Below are positions 9,789-19,016 of a stretch of DNA of 19,016 bases, piece after piece (position 1 is the stretch's first letter; every line of letters begins with the position of its first letter). The position numbers and the translations under genes were made by a program. The notes under the pieces are model-generated. The model made no database searches, was not told where the DNA came from, and saw nothing but the letters and a program-made list of their open reading frames with translations. Origin of the DNA: Planctomycetota bacterium (GTDB lineage: Bacteria > Planctomycetota > UBA11346); the NCBI GenBank assembly GCA_038213805.1, contig JBBQSO010000096.1:1-19016 (forward strand), written 5' to 3'.

Positions 9789-10576
9789 GATTTGGCTCCC
9801 GCGACCGTGCCGGCCGGGGCCGCGCCCGCTGCGCCGGTGGTGGCCGGCGCGCCCGCGCCGACCGCGCCGGCGCCGCCCGAGGTCTTCACCGTGGCCGTTG
9901 TGCGATCGCCCAGCGGCACACTGCCCACCGCGCTGATCGGTACGCCGTTATGCGCTTCGCCGCGCTCGACCACGGTGTAGCCGCGACGCTTGAGCTGGGC
10001 CTCGAGCTGGTCGACCATCGGGTCGTTGGTTGAGAGCTTCTGCCGCTTCTGGCAGGGGTAATCTTTGCGCAGCGGATGGCCGACGAACTCGTGGTGGTTC
10101 AGCAGGCGCTTGAGATTGGGGTGGCCGATGAAGACGATGCCGTACTGGTCCCAGGTCTCGCGCTCGGCCCAGTCGGCGCTCTTGAACAGGTCGTGCAGGC
10201 TGGGGACCTTGGCGTCCTCCTCTTCGACCCACACCTTGAGCGTCACGCGGTGGCGATAGGCCACGCTCTTGAGCGGGTAGGTGACCGCATAGCGCGCGCC
10301 GCGGTGGTCGGGAAAGGCCAGGTAGTCGATGCCAACCACGTCGAGCAGCATGCCGAAGCGCAGTTCGGCGTCGTCGCGCAGGTGGCGGACCACCTCGCGC
10401 AGGCGGCTGGCCGGCACGATCACGGTCAGGCCCCAGCGATCGCGCGGGTCGCGCTCGGGGTTGAAATGCGCCAGTTTCGCGAGCAGTTGCTCGGCGCTGA
10501 GGCCGGGCTGGATGGCCTGGGTGGTGATGGCGGTGCTGGCGCCGTGCGCCGCGGCCGCGGGGGGATGCGCGCTCAT
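9785..10576 (-). CDS. nuoC: NADH-quinone oxidoreductase subunit C (263 aa, low-complexity tail)
   Basis: LLDVVGIDY and [27 protein letters not shown]...GHPLRKDYP. Start placed at ATG 10576, overlapping the nuoB stop (ATGA). Confidence 0.95.
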   Translation of the reverse strand: MSAHPPAAAAHGASTAITTQAIQPGLSAEQLLAKLAHFNPERDPRDRWGLTVIVPASRLREVVRHLRDDAELRFGMLLDVVGIDYLAFPDHRGARYAVTYPLKSVAYRHRVTLKVWVEEEDAKVPSLHDLFKSADWAERETWDQYGIVFIGHPNLKRLLNHHEFVGHPLRKDYPCQKRQKLSTNDPMVDQLEAQLKRRGYTVVERGEAHNGVPISAVGSVPLGDRTTATVKTSGGAGAVGAGAPATTGAAGAAPAGTVAGAKS

Positions 10577-11091
10577 ACGCCGACCGTCCGCTGTTCCTTG
10601 ATGGATTCCTGCGCAATCTTGTCCTGCAGCTGGACCACCGCCTCGAGGAAGGCCTCGGGGCGCGGCGGACAGCCGGCGATGTAGACGTCGACCGGGATGA
10701 TCTCGTCGATGCCGGGCACCGTGCAATAGCAGTCATAGAAGCCGCCCGACGTGGCGCAGGCGCCGGCCGAGATCACCCAACGCGGCTCGCACATCTGTTC
10801 GTAGATGCGGCGCAGCACCGGGGCCTGCTTGTAGGTCACCGTACCGGCGATGATCAGCAGATCGGCCTGGCGCGGGCTGAAGCGCACCAGTTCCGCACCG
10901 AAGCGCGAGATGTCGAACATCGAACTGACCACGCCCATGAACTCGATGGCGCAGCAGGCGGTGCCGAACGGGAACGGCCACAGGCTGTTGCGGCGACCCC
11001 AGTTGACCACCGCATCGACGCGGGTGGTGATGAAGCTGTCGCCGAGGTTGATCTCGGGGGTGACGCCGGCGGGGACGGGCTTGTAAGTCAT
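10573..11091 (-). CDS. nuoB: NADH-quinone oxidoreductase subunit B
   Basis: 172 aa; N2 ligands [12 protein letters not shown] and GCPPRPE, plus [14 protein letters not shown] upstream of the ATG. Confidence 0.97.
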   Translation of the reverse strand: MTYKPVPAGVTPEINLGDSFITTRVDAVVNWGRRNSLWPFPFGTACCAIEFMGVVSSMFDISRFGAELVRFSPRQADLLIIAGTVTYKQAPVLRRIYEQMCEPRWVISAGACATSGGFYDCYCTVPGIDEIIPVDVYIAGCPPRPEAFLEAVVQLQDKIAQESIKEQRTVGV

Positions 11092-11136
11092 GGGGTTCCT
11101 TGGCTGGGGAGCTGGGTCATGCGCGGGTGTTGCCCG

Positions 11137-11622
11137 TCACTTGTCCCAATCCAGCGCACCCTTCTTGTAGAGATAGAGGTAGCCGACCTCGAGCAGGACC
11201 AGGAAGACCACCAGAGCGCCCACCATGCCCCAGCCACCCAGCTTGAAGTGCATGGCCCACGGATAGAGGAAGGCGACCTCGATGTCGAAGGCCAAGAAGA
11301 GCATCGCGATAAGGTAGAACTTGACGTCGAAGCGCTCGCCGGCCGTGCCGAGGATCGAGGCCAGACCGCTCTCGTACGGCTCATTGCGCGCCGGATTGGT
11401 GTTGCGCGTGCCGTGGGCGAACTTGCTCAGCACATAGTTCGCGATGAGCAGCGCCGCAGGCACGGCCACGCCCAGGATCAGGAGCATGGTGAGCGGGAAA
11501 ACCTGGCTGAACACACTGGAGCCGTCTGGGGTGGCGAGGTGCGCCTGGGCGGGTCCCGCCATGGCAGGGGCATCGGCCTGGAGGAGCACCTGGGCCAGGC
11601 TTCCGACGATCGCCGCATCCAT
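11137..11622 (-). CDS. nuoA: NADH-quinone oxidoreductase subunit A (161 aa)
   Basis: PYESG...RFDVKFYLIAMLFLAFDIEVAFLYPWA...YLYKKGALDW. Start placed at ATG 11622, preceded by GAGGA; the longer ORF-track start (11877) runs through the intergenic repeats. Confidence 0.94.
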   Translation of the reverse strand: MDAAIVGSLAQVLLQADAPAMAGPAQAHLATPDGSSVFSQVFPLTMLLILGVAVPAALLIANYVLSKFAHGTRNTNPARNEPYESGLASILGTAGERFDVKFYLIAMLFLAFDIEVAFLYPWAMHFKLGGWGMVGALVVFLVLLEVGYLYLYKKGALDWDK

Positions 11623-11676
11623 GGGTTTTCCTCGCGCAAAACGGCCGTCAGGTGACCGGGCTTCTGGGGCGCGGGG

Positions 11677-11705
11677 TTTATAAAGGCATGCCCGCGCAAC
11701 ACCAA
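11677..11705 (-). promoter_or_regulatory. Candidate sigma70-type promoter of the nuo operon
   Basis: Minus strand reads TTGGTG-17 nt-TATAAA about 55 nt upstream of nuoA. The last T of the -10 consensus is missing, so the call is tentative. Confidence 0.4.
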
Positions 11706-11797
11706 CGGAAAAAGCGCTTTCGCATGCGGCATCCGGCAGCAATTCACGCGATCCATGCCTAAAGCGGCGCAGTTGGACATGAGGGTGGGTGCCGCAC

Positions 11798-11930
11798 GGT
11801 CCGGAAGTCCGGGGTCCGAAAGTCCGGGAGTCTCGTGTGCACTGGGCGCAAATCCGAATCTGAAGGTTCACTCTCATACGTCCTCATACGAGACTTCCGG
11901 ACTACCGGACTACCGGACTTCCGGACTTCC
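11798..11930. repeat. Inverted pair of tandem octamer arrays (consensus GGAAGTCC / GGACTTCC)
   Basis: Left arm 11798-11839: ggtcc ggaagtcc ggggtcc gaaagtcc gggagtct cgtgtg. Right arm 11885-11930: catacg agacttcc ggactacc ggactacc ggacttcc ggacttcc. The right arm is the imperfect reverse complement of the left. A ctcatacg direct repeat lies at 11873-11880 and 11883-11890. Confidence 0.9.
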
Positions 11931-12004
11931 CGCTCTCCGCCTTGCCGACCGCCACCCCCCTTGCTCCTTGTCCCGCCTGAGGTTCGGATAGAAGCCGAGT
12001 GAGC

Positions 12005-12544
12005 ATGCACAGCGTCACCTGCCAGATTTGCGGCAAGCGTCCCGCCACCACCCACCTCACCGAACTCGATGGCGAGAGCGCGGCGGGCCGGCAGGAGCTC
12101 CACCTCTGTGCGACCTGCATCCAGCGCCTGGACCTGAAGCTGGAATCCGGGCCCCCGGCGATCGCCACCATCCTCAGCATGAAGGCCGAGGACGTGGGCG
12201 GCGCCAAGCCCCTCACGCTGACCGCCACCACCGAGGACGGGGCGGACGAGCGCTGCCCGCACTGCGGCCTGTCCTTCGGCGAGTTCGGCTCGGGCAAGCT
12301 GTTCGGCTGCCCGCACGACTACACCGCCTTCAGTGTGCAGATCGACCTGCTGCTGGGTCGCTACCACGGCACCACCCGCCACATCGGGCGCGGGCCGCGC
12401 AACGCCCCGGCGGCGGGCGACGACCTGTCCTCGCGGCGCACCCTGCTCGACAACGCCCTGCGTGCGGCGGTCGCTGGCGAGCACTACGAGGACGCCGCGC
12501 GCCTGCGCGACGAGCTGCGCCGCCTCGATCGGCCGGGCGCATGA
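12005..12544 (+). CDS. mcsA: McsA-like protein-arginine kinase activator (Zn-binding motifs + UVR domain)
   Basis: CQIC, CATC, CPHC and GCPHDY motifs, HG...HIGRGP, and a C-terminal UVR motif AVAGEHYEDAARLRDEL. Stop overlaps the mcsB start. Alternative start: GTG 11999. Confidence 0.92.
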   Translation: MHSVTCQICGKRPATTHLTELDGESAAGRQELHLCATCIQRLDLKLESGPPAIATILSMKAEDVGGAKPLTLTATTEDGADERCPHCGLSFGEFGSGKLFGCPHDYTAFSVQIDLLLGRYHGTTRHIGRGPRNAPAAGDDLSSRRTLLDNALRAAVAGEHYEDAARLRDELRRLDRPGA

Positions 12545-13608
12545 GCCTGGACGACCTGCTGGCGCGGCCGGCGGCCTGGCTGGACAGCCCGGGCGCGCAC
12601 GGCGGCATCGCCGTCTCCAGCCGCATCCGCCTGGCGCGCAACCTCTCCAGCTTCGCCTTCCAGCGCAAGCTGAGCAAGGTCCGCCAGCAGGAGCTGGTCG
12701 GCCGCCTGATGGAGACGACCGCGCGCGTCACCGGCTGGAAGGACGCGCGGCAATTGCGCCTGGGCGCGCTCACCGAGCTGGAGCGCACCGCCCTGGTCGA
12801 ACGCCAGCTGGTCTCGCGCGACCTCGCCAACGGCAAGCATCCCACCGGGGTGTTCATCAGTCGCGACGAGATCCATTCGCTGATGTTCAATGAAGAAGAC
12901 CACGTACGCCTGCAAGTGATCAGCGCCGGGCTGTGCAGCAACGCCAACCTTGAGCTGGCGGTGGCCCTCGACCAGGCGTTGGAGGGCGAGCTGGGCTGGG
13001 CTTGGCACGCCCAGTACGGCTACCTGACCGCCTGCCCGACCAACGTCGGCACCGGCCTGCGCGCCTCGGTAATGCTCCACCTGCCGGCGCTGGCCGAGAG
13101 CGGCGAGCTGAAGCAGGTGCTGCGCGGGCTGACCAAGCTGCACATGACGGTGCGCGGCCTGCACGGCGAGGGCAGCGAGCCCACCGGCCACTATTTCCAG
13201 ATCAGCAACACCCGCGCCCTGGGCGCCAGCGAGCGCGCCATCGTCGACCAGCTGAATGAGACCGTCGAGCGGCTGATCGCCTACGAGCAGCTCGCCCGCC
13301 AGTCGTTGCTGACCACGCAGCCGTGGCGCCTGGAGGACAAGGTGTTCCGCGCCTGGGGCATGCTCACCCACGCGCGTAGCCTGACCACCGAGGAGCTGAC
13401 CGAGCAACTCAGCTGGGTGCGCCTGGGCGTGGCCCTCTCGCTGCTGGAGTGGCGGAATTGGAAAATCCTGGATAGAATCTTCTTGCAGTGCCAGCCGGCC
13501 CACCTGCAATTGCAGCATGCGGAAGCCGGCGAGACCGAGCAGCGCGACCGCCTCCGTGCGGATTTGGTACGGAAGTGGCTTTCTTCACCACCGGCCTCCG
13601 CGAACTGA
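12541..13608 (+). CDS. mcsB: McsB protein-arginine kinase (ATP:guanido phosphotransferase family, 355 aa)
   Basis: SSRIRLARNL, NEEDH, GYLTACPTNVGTGLRASVMLHLPAL, VRGLHGEGS, FQISN and C-terminal QPAHLQ...RDRLRA. ATG at 12541 overlaps the mcsA stop (ATGA). Confidence 0.95.
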   Translation: MSLDDLLARPAAWLDSPGAHGGIAVSSRIRLARNLSSFAFQRKLSKVRQQELVGRLMETTARVTGWKDARQLRLGALTELERTALVERQLVSRDLANGKHPTGVFISRDEIHSLMFNEEDHVRLQVISAGLCSNANLELAVALDQALEGELGWAWHAQYGYLTACPTNVGTGLRASVMLHLPALAESGELKQVLRGLTKLHMTVRGLHGEGSEPTGHYFQISNTRALGASERAIVDQLNETVERLIAYEQLARQSLLTTQPWRLEDKVFRAWGMLTHARSLTTEELTEQLSWVRLGVALSLLEWRNWKILDRIFLQCQPAHLQLQHAEAGETEQRDRLRADLVRKWLSSPPASAN

Positions 13609-13667
13609 GCCATACTGCGTTCAACACTCGCTGTTCGAGCCATCCTGACACCCCGGGTCCCCCTGCC

Positions 13668-16238
<2,571 letters not shown>

Positions 16239-16285
16239 TTGGGAATAAGGTTAGGCACGTCACTCTGGTCGCCGGAAGTATCCGG

Positions 16286-16313
16286 TTGACCAGGGGGGCG
16301 AGGGGTCTAGATT
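16286..16313 (+). promoter_or_regulatory. Sigma70-type promoter for tRNA-Lys
   Basis: TTGACC-16 nt-TAGATT followed by a GC-rich stretch (ctgccccc), 19 nt upstream of the tRNA; this layout is typical of stable-RNA promoters. Confidence 0.7.
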
Positions 16314-16332
16314 CTGCCCCCTCAAGCGGTTG

Positions 16333-16408
16333 GCGCGATTAGCTCAGTTGGTAGAGCAAGGGATTCTTAATCCCTGGGTCCATGGTTCGAGTCCATGATC
16401 GCGCACCA
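16333..16408 (+). tRNA. tRNA-Lys (anticodon CTT)
   Basis: 76-nt cloverleaf: acceptor GCGCGAT/ATCGCGC, D arm GCTC-AGTTGGTA-GAGC, anticodon arm AGGGA-TTCTTAA-TCCCT, T arm CATGG-TTCGAGT-CCATG, discriminator A and encoded CCA. Confidence 0.97.
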
Positions 16409-16413
16409 TAACG

Positions 16414-16461
16414 ACTGTGCCACAGGGACTTAAAAGAAATTTTAAGTCCCTGTAACACAGT
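16414..16461. repeat. Long inverted repeat immediately 3' of the tRNA
   Basis: actgtg-cc-ACAGGGACTTAAAA-gaaa-TTTTAAGTCCCTGT-aa-cacagt: perfect 14-bp inner arms (16422-16435 / 16440-16453) plus 6-bp outer arms. Confidence 0.9.
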
Positions 16462-16481
16462 TTGTATCAGTGTGCAAATTG

Positions 16482-16509
16482 ACCCGGATGGTTTTCCATC
16501 CGGGTTTTT
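16482..16509 (+). terminator. Rho-independent terminator downstream of the tRNA
   Basis: ACCCGGATGG-tttt-CCATCCGGGT hairpin followed by a T run. Confidence 0.75.
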
Positions 16510-16589
16510 CAACCAGATTGTTGTTAAAATTATTTTTAATTCCATGGGTCTGCTATCCCAAAGCGGTGAGGGGTTCCTAATGTACAAGG

Positions 16590-16889
16590 GTGCGCGCTCA
16601 CTCGAAGGCAACGCGACCGCTCAATCCACTCGGGATCGCCCTTACCAGGCTTCTCGAGGCTCGCGGTATGAGCGATGCGGATTTCTGCCGGAAAACCGGA
16701 CTCAGCCCTGCGCTGGTCAGCATCATCAAACGTCGCCCCCCCAGCAAGCTGCCGAAGCAGGTCCAACCCATCCGGTGGGCCAAAATTCTCGACCTTACGA
16801 GCACCGAAACGACCGCGCTGCACATTGCCGCTCTTCTGGCTTGGTCACCAGAAGGCGTATTGGAACTCGTGACCAAACAAAAAACTTAA
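16590..16889 (+). CDS. Xre/Cro-like helix-turn-helix protein (99 aa)
   Basis: LGIALTRLLEARGMSDADFCRKTGLSPALVSIIKR...IRWAKILDL fits the Xre HTH pattern. GTG start. A possible extended -10 (TGtTAAAAT) lies at 16522-16530. Confidence 0.75.
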   Translation: MRAHSKATRPLNPLGIALTRLLEARGMSDADFCRKTGLSPALVSIIKRRPPSKLPKQVQPIRWAKILDLTSTETTALHIAALLAWSPEGVLELVTKQKT

Positions 16890-16970
16890 GCTGCTCCAAT
16901 CACTGGGGTTGGATCCGTCTGGGATCGGGCTCTCTAGGACGCACCTCTAGAGGCAGTCCTGAAGGCACAT

Positions 16971-17414
16971 CTATCCAGTCAGAATCTCTCTGTTCCGAAT
17001 TCTGCCCGTGGCGTAGGCCAAGACAAATTCGTTCCCGTAATGAACAAGCCCAGACTCTTGAGTTGCCTCCCGAAGGAAGTCGACATCAACCGGTGCGCGC
17101 TGGCGCTCTTCCTCATCAACGAGGAACGCCGAGAGTTCAGCCTCTTTGCCGCTGTGCGCCAATCGGCAGAGATAACGCGGAATTTGCCCCATCGGTTCTT
17201 CGCAGAGATTCCACAACTCGTCCTTCAAAGGCTTCATGGCCATCGAATAAGCCGGGGCCGAGCCTCCCCTCACATGATCTTGATGTCGTGCACCCTCCAC
17301 TACAGCAACACAGTCCATGCAATTCTTATAGAGAAGATCGACGCGGCCCACCCTGGCGCAGATCTCATTCGAGTGGCATGCCATGATTTTCAACCGCGAC
17401 CTTTTCGCTGTCAT
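16971..17414 (-). CDS. Hypothetical protein (true start may be ATG 17243 or 17237)
   Basis: The C-terminal ~90 aa (MAMKPLKDELWNLCEE...EFVLAYATGRIRNREILTG) has globular, protein-like composition and converges on the HTH gene. No family recognised. Confidence 0.35.
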   Translation of the reverse strand: MTAKRSRLKIMACHSNEICARVGRVDLLYKNCMDCVAVVEGARHQDHVRGGSAPAYSMAMKPLKDELWNLCEEPMGQIPRYLCRLAHSGKEAELSAFLVDEEERQRAPVDVDFLREATQESGLVHYGNEFVLAYATGRIRNREILTG

Positions 17415-17448
17415 TCATCTGATTTCAGCGTGAAAACACCGCAAATAT

Positions 17449-17991
17449 ATGGTCAAACGAGCTCGAATAGATTTCGATCAATACGACATGTGCACTACTC
17501 AGCACGGTCTCATCGCCACCTTTACCCGCCTTTCTCGTGATGGATTGATCGAACGGACCGACGGAAAACTCAGATTCCTCGGTCCGGCAGCAGGTGACGA
17601 CACCATGATTCTGGGGTGCCAATTCGCGCTCTCCTCTCATGGAAAATTGTTTGCCCGCGTGTTAGACATGCTCGTCTTGGCATCAACGGATAAACCGCCT
17701 GCATGGGCCCCCATCGGTTCTCCGATGCTATCATGGCGGAGTATTCCTTTCTCGATGCGCACCATCGCCGAAGGATCTTACCAGGATATCCGCGCTTTAG
17801 CCTCCGTGCATTCACAATTTCAGCCTGATCAAAGATTTTCTATTTCGTTGAACGTGACCACTCAAGCAAAGACATGTGCGCACGATCTGCTTCCGAGGAA
17901 TTCCAAACTCACGTCACCAATTCCTGATTTTTTCGACCGCTCATCAACCAACCCCCTGGAATCCGGATTTAAAGGAGGTTTAATTTCATGA
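17449..17991 (+). CDS. Hypothetical protein (180 aa)
   Basis: Long ORF in AT-richer DNA whose stop overlaps the next ORF's start (ATGA). No family confidently recognised; start uncertain. Confidence 0.4.
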   Translation: MVKRARIDFDQYDMCTTQHGLIATFTRLSRDGLIERTDGKLRFLGPAAGDDTMILGCQFALSSHGKLFARVLDMLVLASTDKPPAWAPIGSPMLSWRSIPFSMRTIAEGSYQDIRALASVHSQFQPDQRFSISLNVTTQAKTCAHDLLPRNSKLTSPIPDFFDRSSTNPLESGFKGGLIS

Positions 17992-18206
17992 CCATTAAAT
18001 CACGATTTGAAGGAATGTCTGTTTTGTACGTGTCTGATAACGACGCAGTCATTGCAATTCTTCCTACATCTGAAAAATTGTTTTTCAGCGTAGGCACATC
18101 AGAAACCGATGCGCTCTGGAATCTCCTAAAAGACGAGGCGTTTACTAATAAAGAAAGGAATGAAATCTTGCAAAACCACGTAAATATGACAATCGTTGGA
18201 ATTTGA
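17988..18206 (+). CDS. Small hypothetical protein (72 aa)
   Basis: Strong Shine-Dalgarno AAAGGAGG (17971-17978) 9 nt upstream of the ATG; composition looks globular. Confidence 0.6.
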   Translation: MTIKSRFEGMSVLYVSDNDAVIAILPTSEKLFFSVGTSETDALWNLLKDEAFTNKERNEILQNHVNMTIVGI

Positions 18207-18219
18207 CCATGGCCAGAAA

Positions 18220-18248
18220 TTGCACATGTGCTCATCCGTGAATATTGT
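18220..18248 (+). promoter_or_regulatory. Candidate sigma70 promoter for the metallophosphoesterase gene
   Basis: TTGCAC-17 nt-TATTGT; a perfect 10-bp palindrome, GCACATGTGC (18222-18231), overlaps the -35 box. Confidence 0.4.
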
Positions 18249-18320
18249 ATAGACAAAGAACCTATATACTGACTGTCACGCGTCGTCAATGCGGTCATAC
18301 CCGCGAGCGGAAAACCTCAC

Positions 18321-19016
18321 ATGAGGATTCATGTACTCTCCGATCTTCATCTAGACCATACTCCATACACCTATACGGCCCCGCCAGGCGGAGCGGACCT
18401 CGTCGTTCTCGCGGGAGACATCGCCTCAGAAACCGAGGCCGGTTGGTCACGGCTTGGTCAGTTCCTGCAGAAACTTAGCGATTGCGGGAGCCGTATAATC
18501 TATGTTCCTGGAAACCATGAATTTTATGGGGGCGATGTCGATCAAACTCTCATTAGACTCCGTACCCTTTCAATGCGCTTTCCAAGCTTGTCGGTTCTCG
18601 ATTGTGAATGGACTACGATTCTTGGATTCCGGATCGCCGCTGCAACCTTGTGGTCAGATTTTTCGCTGGATAAGGATAGCAATGGAGGACTTCGCGCAGA
18701 AGCATGTATATCCGATTTCACACACATATCCGAAGCCGGGTCGCGTTTGACGTGGAAAGAGATGGCAAGCCGCTCTCGCAAAGCACAACAATTTCTAAGG
18801 CTTCAGGCCCCGCAATCGGATTTGGTTATCACGCATTTTTTATCGAGCATACATTCAATTGATATGCAATTTTCAAATAGCACTCTGAACTCTTATTTCG
18901 CGGTAGACCTTTCACGGCTTGTCTCTGAAGTGGATGGCATTTGGATTCATGGACATACTCACACGTCATGCGACTACAAATTAGGAAGGTGCCGTGTGAT
19001 TTGCAATCCGCGAGGA
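18321..19016 (+). CDS. Calcineurin-like metallophosphoesterase (3' end beyond the window)
   Basis: Not in the ORF track because it has no stop in the window. Manual translation gives 232 open codons: MRIHVLSDLH...DLVVLAGDI...IIYVPGNHEFY...ATLWSDF...VITH...WIHGHTH...VICNPRG, which covers all five metallophosphoesterase motifs. Confidence 0.93.
   Translation, partial: MRIHVLSDLHLDHTPYTYTAPPGGADLVVLAGDIASETEAGWSRLGQFLQKLSDCGSRIIYVPGNHEFYGGDVDQTLIRLRTLSMRFPSLSVLDCEWTTILGFRIAAATLWSDFSLDKDSNGGLRAEACISDFTHISEAGSRLTWKEMASRSRKAQQFLRLQAPQSDLVITHFLSSIHSIDMQFSNSTLNSYFAVDLSRLVSEVDGIWIHGHTHTSCDYKLGRCRVICNPRG

Larger units (their letters stand above)
16409..19016. mobile_element. Probable genomic island or integrated-element remnant at the tRNA-Lys 3' end (continues past the right edge)
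   Basis: Composition shifts right after the tRNA (spot counts: 41/60 GC at 14821-14880 vs 25/60 at 18001-18060). Many codons end in A/T, and the cargo is an HTH gene and orphan ORFs. No integrase or second att copy is visible in the window. Confidence 0.6.

Noticed and set aside
8595..11091. NuoB/C/D as a group 4 [NiFe] hydrogenase
   Set aside because: The large subunit lacks the Ni-binding CxxC motifs and ends in GELDR, and a full NuoEFG module is present in nuo gene order.
11798..11930. Octamer repeats as a CRISPR array or CtsR operator
   Set aside because: The units are 8 nt and directly abutting, with no unique spacers and no cas genes. They do not match the CtsR heptad consensus.
12028..13608. 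526-aa ORF suggesting an N-terminally extended McsB or an McsA-McsB fusion
   Set aside because: The first 171 codons are an Arg/Pro-rich alternative frame of mcsA. McsB similarity starts at ATG 12541, which overlaps the mcsA stop.
16339..16611. 90-aa minus-strand ORF overlapping the tRNA
   Set aside because: It spans the tRNA, palindrome and terminator on the antisense strand and has no coding features.
16472..17540. Plus-strand ORFs 16472-17386 (304 aa) and 17040-17540 (166 aa)
   Set aside because: The first begins across the terminator, overlaps the better-supported HTH gene in another frame and is Ser/Pro/Arg-rich. The second reads like the antisense of the minus-strand ORF, although strand choice there remains uncertain.
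17486..18231. ACATGTGC occurring three times (17486, 17872, 18224)
   Set aside because: Some 8-mer appearing three times in ~2.6 kb is expected by chance. The spacing is irregular, and two copies lie inside an ORF.
18321..19016. Metallophosphoesterase as the phospho-arginine phosphatase partner of McsB
   Set aside because: The known pArg phosphatase YwlE belongs to the LMW-PTP fold. This gene lies in compositionally foreign DNA beyond a tRNA and a terminator, so proximity alone is not evidence.

Overview
Three zones. (1) 1-11622, minus strand: a high-GC respiratory complex I operon, nuoA-B-C-D-E-F-[DUF2059-like gene]-G-H-I-J-K-L, with nuoL cut off at the left edge. It departs from the standard layout in four ways: NuoE carries a C-terminal fibronectin type III-like domain, an apparently exported DUF2059-like protein gene sits stop/start-coupled between nuoF and nuoG, NuoG is short (549 aa) and lacks the N7 cysteines, and NuoH has a ~110-aa insert with two extra hydrophobic segments. 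(2) 12005-16238, plus strand and divergent: the arginine-phosphorylation/proteostasis cluster mcsA-mcsB-clpC, with no ctsR in front. The shared intergenic region holds an inverted pair of GGAAGTCC-type octamer arrays. (3) tRNA-Lys(CTT) at 16333-16408, then an abrupt drop in GC to the right edge (probable tRNA-anchored island) with a long palindrome, a terminator, an Xre-like HTH gene, hypothetical ORFs and a calcineurin-like metallophosphoesterase cut off by the window end. A PVC-superphylum host, possibly Planctomycetota, is an inference only. All calls come from reading motifs by eye; no searches were run.
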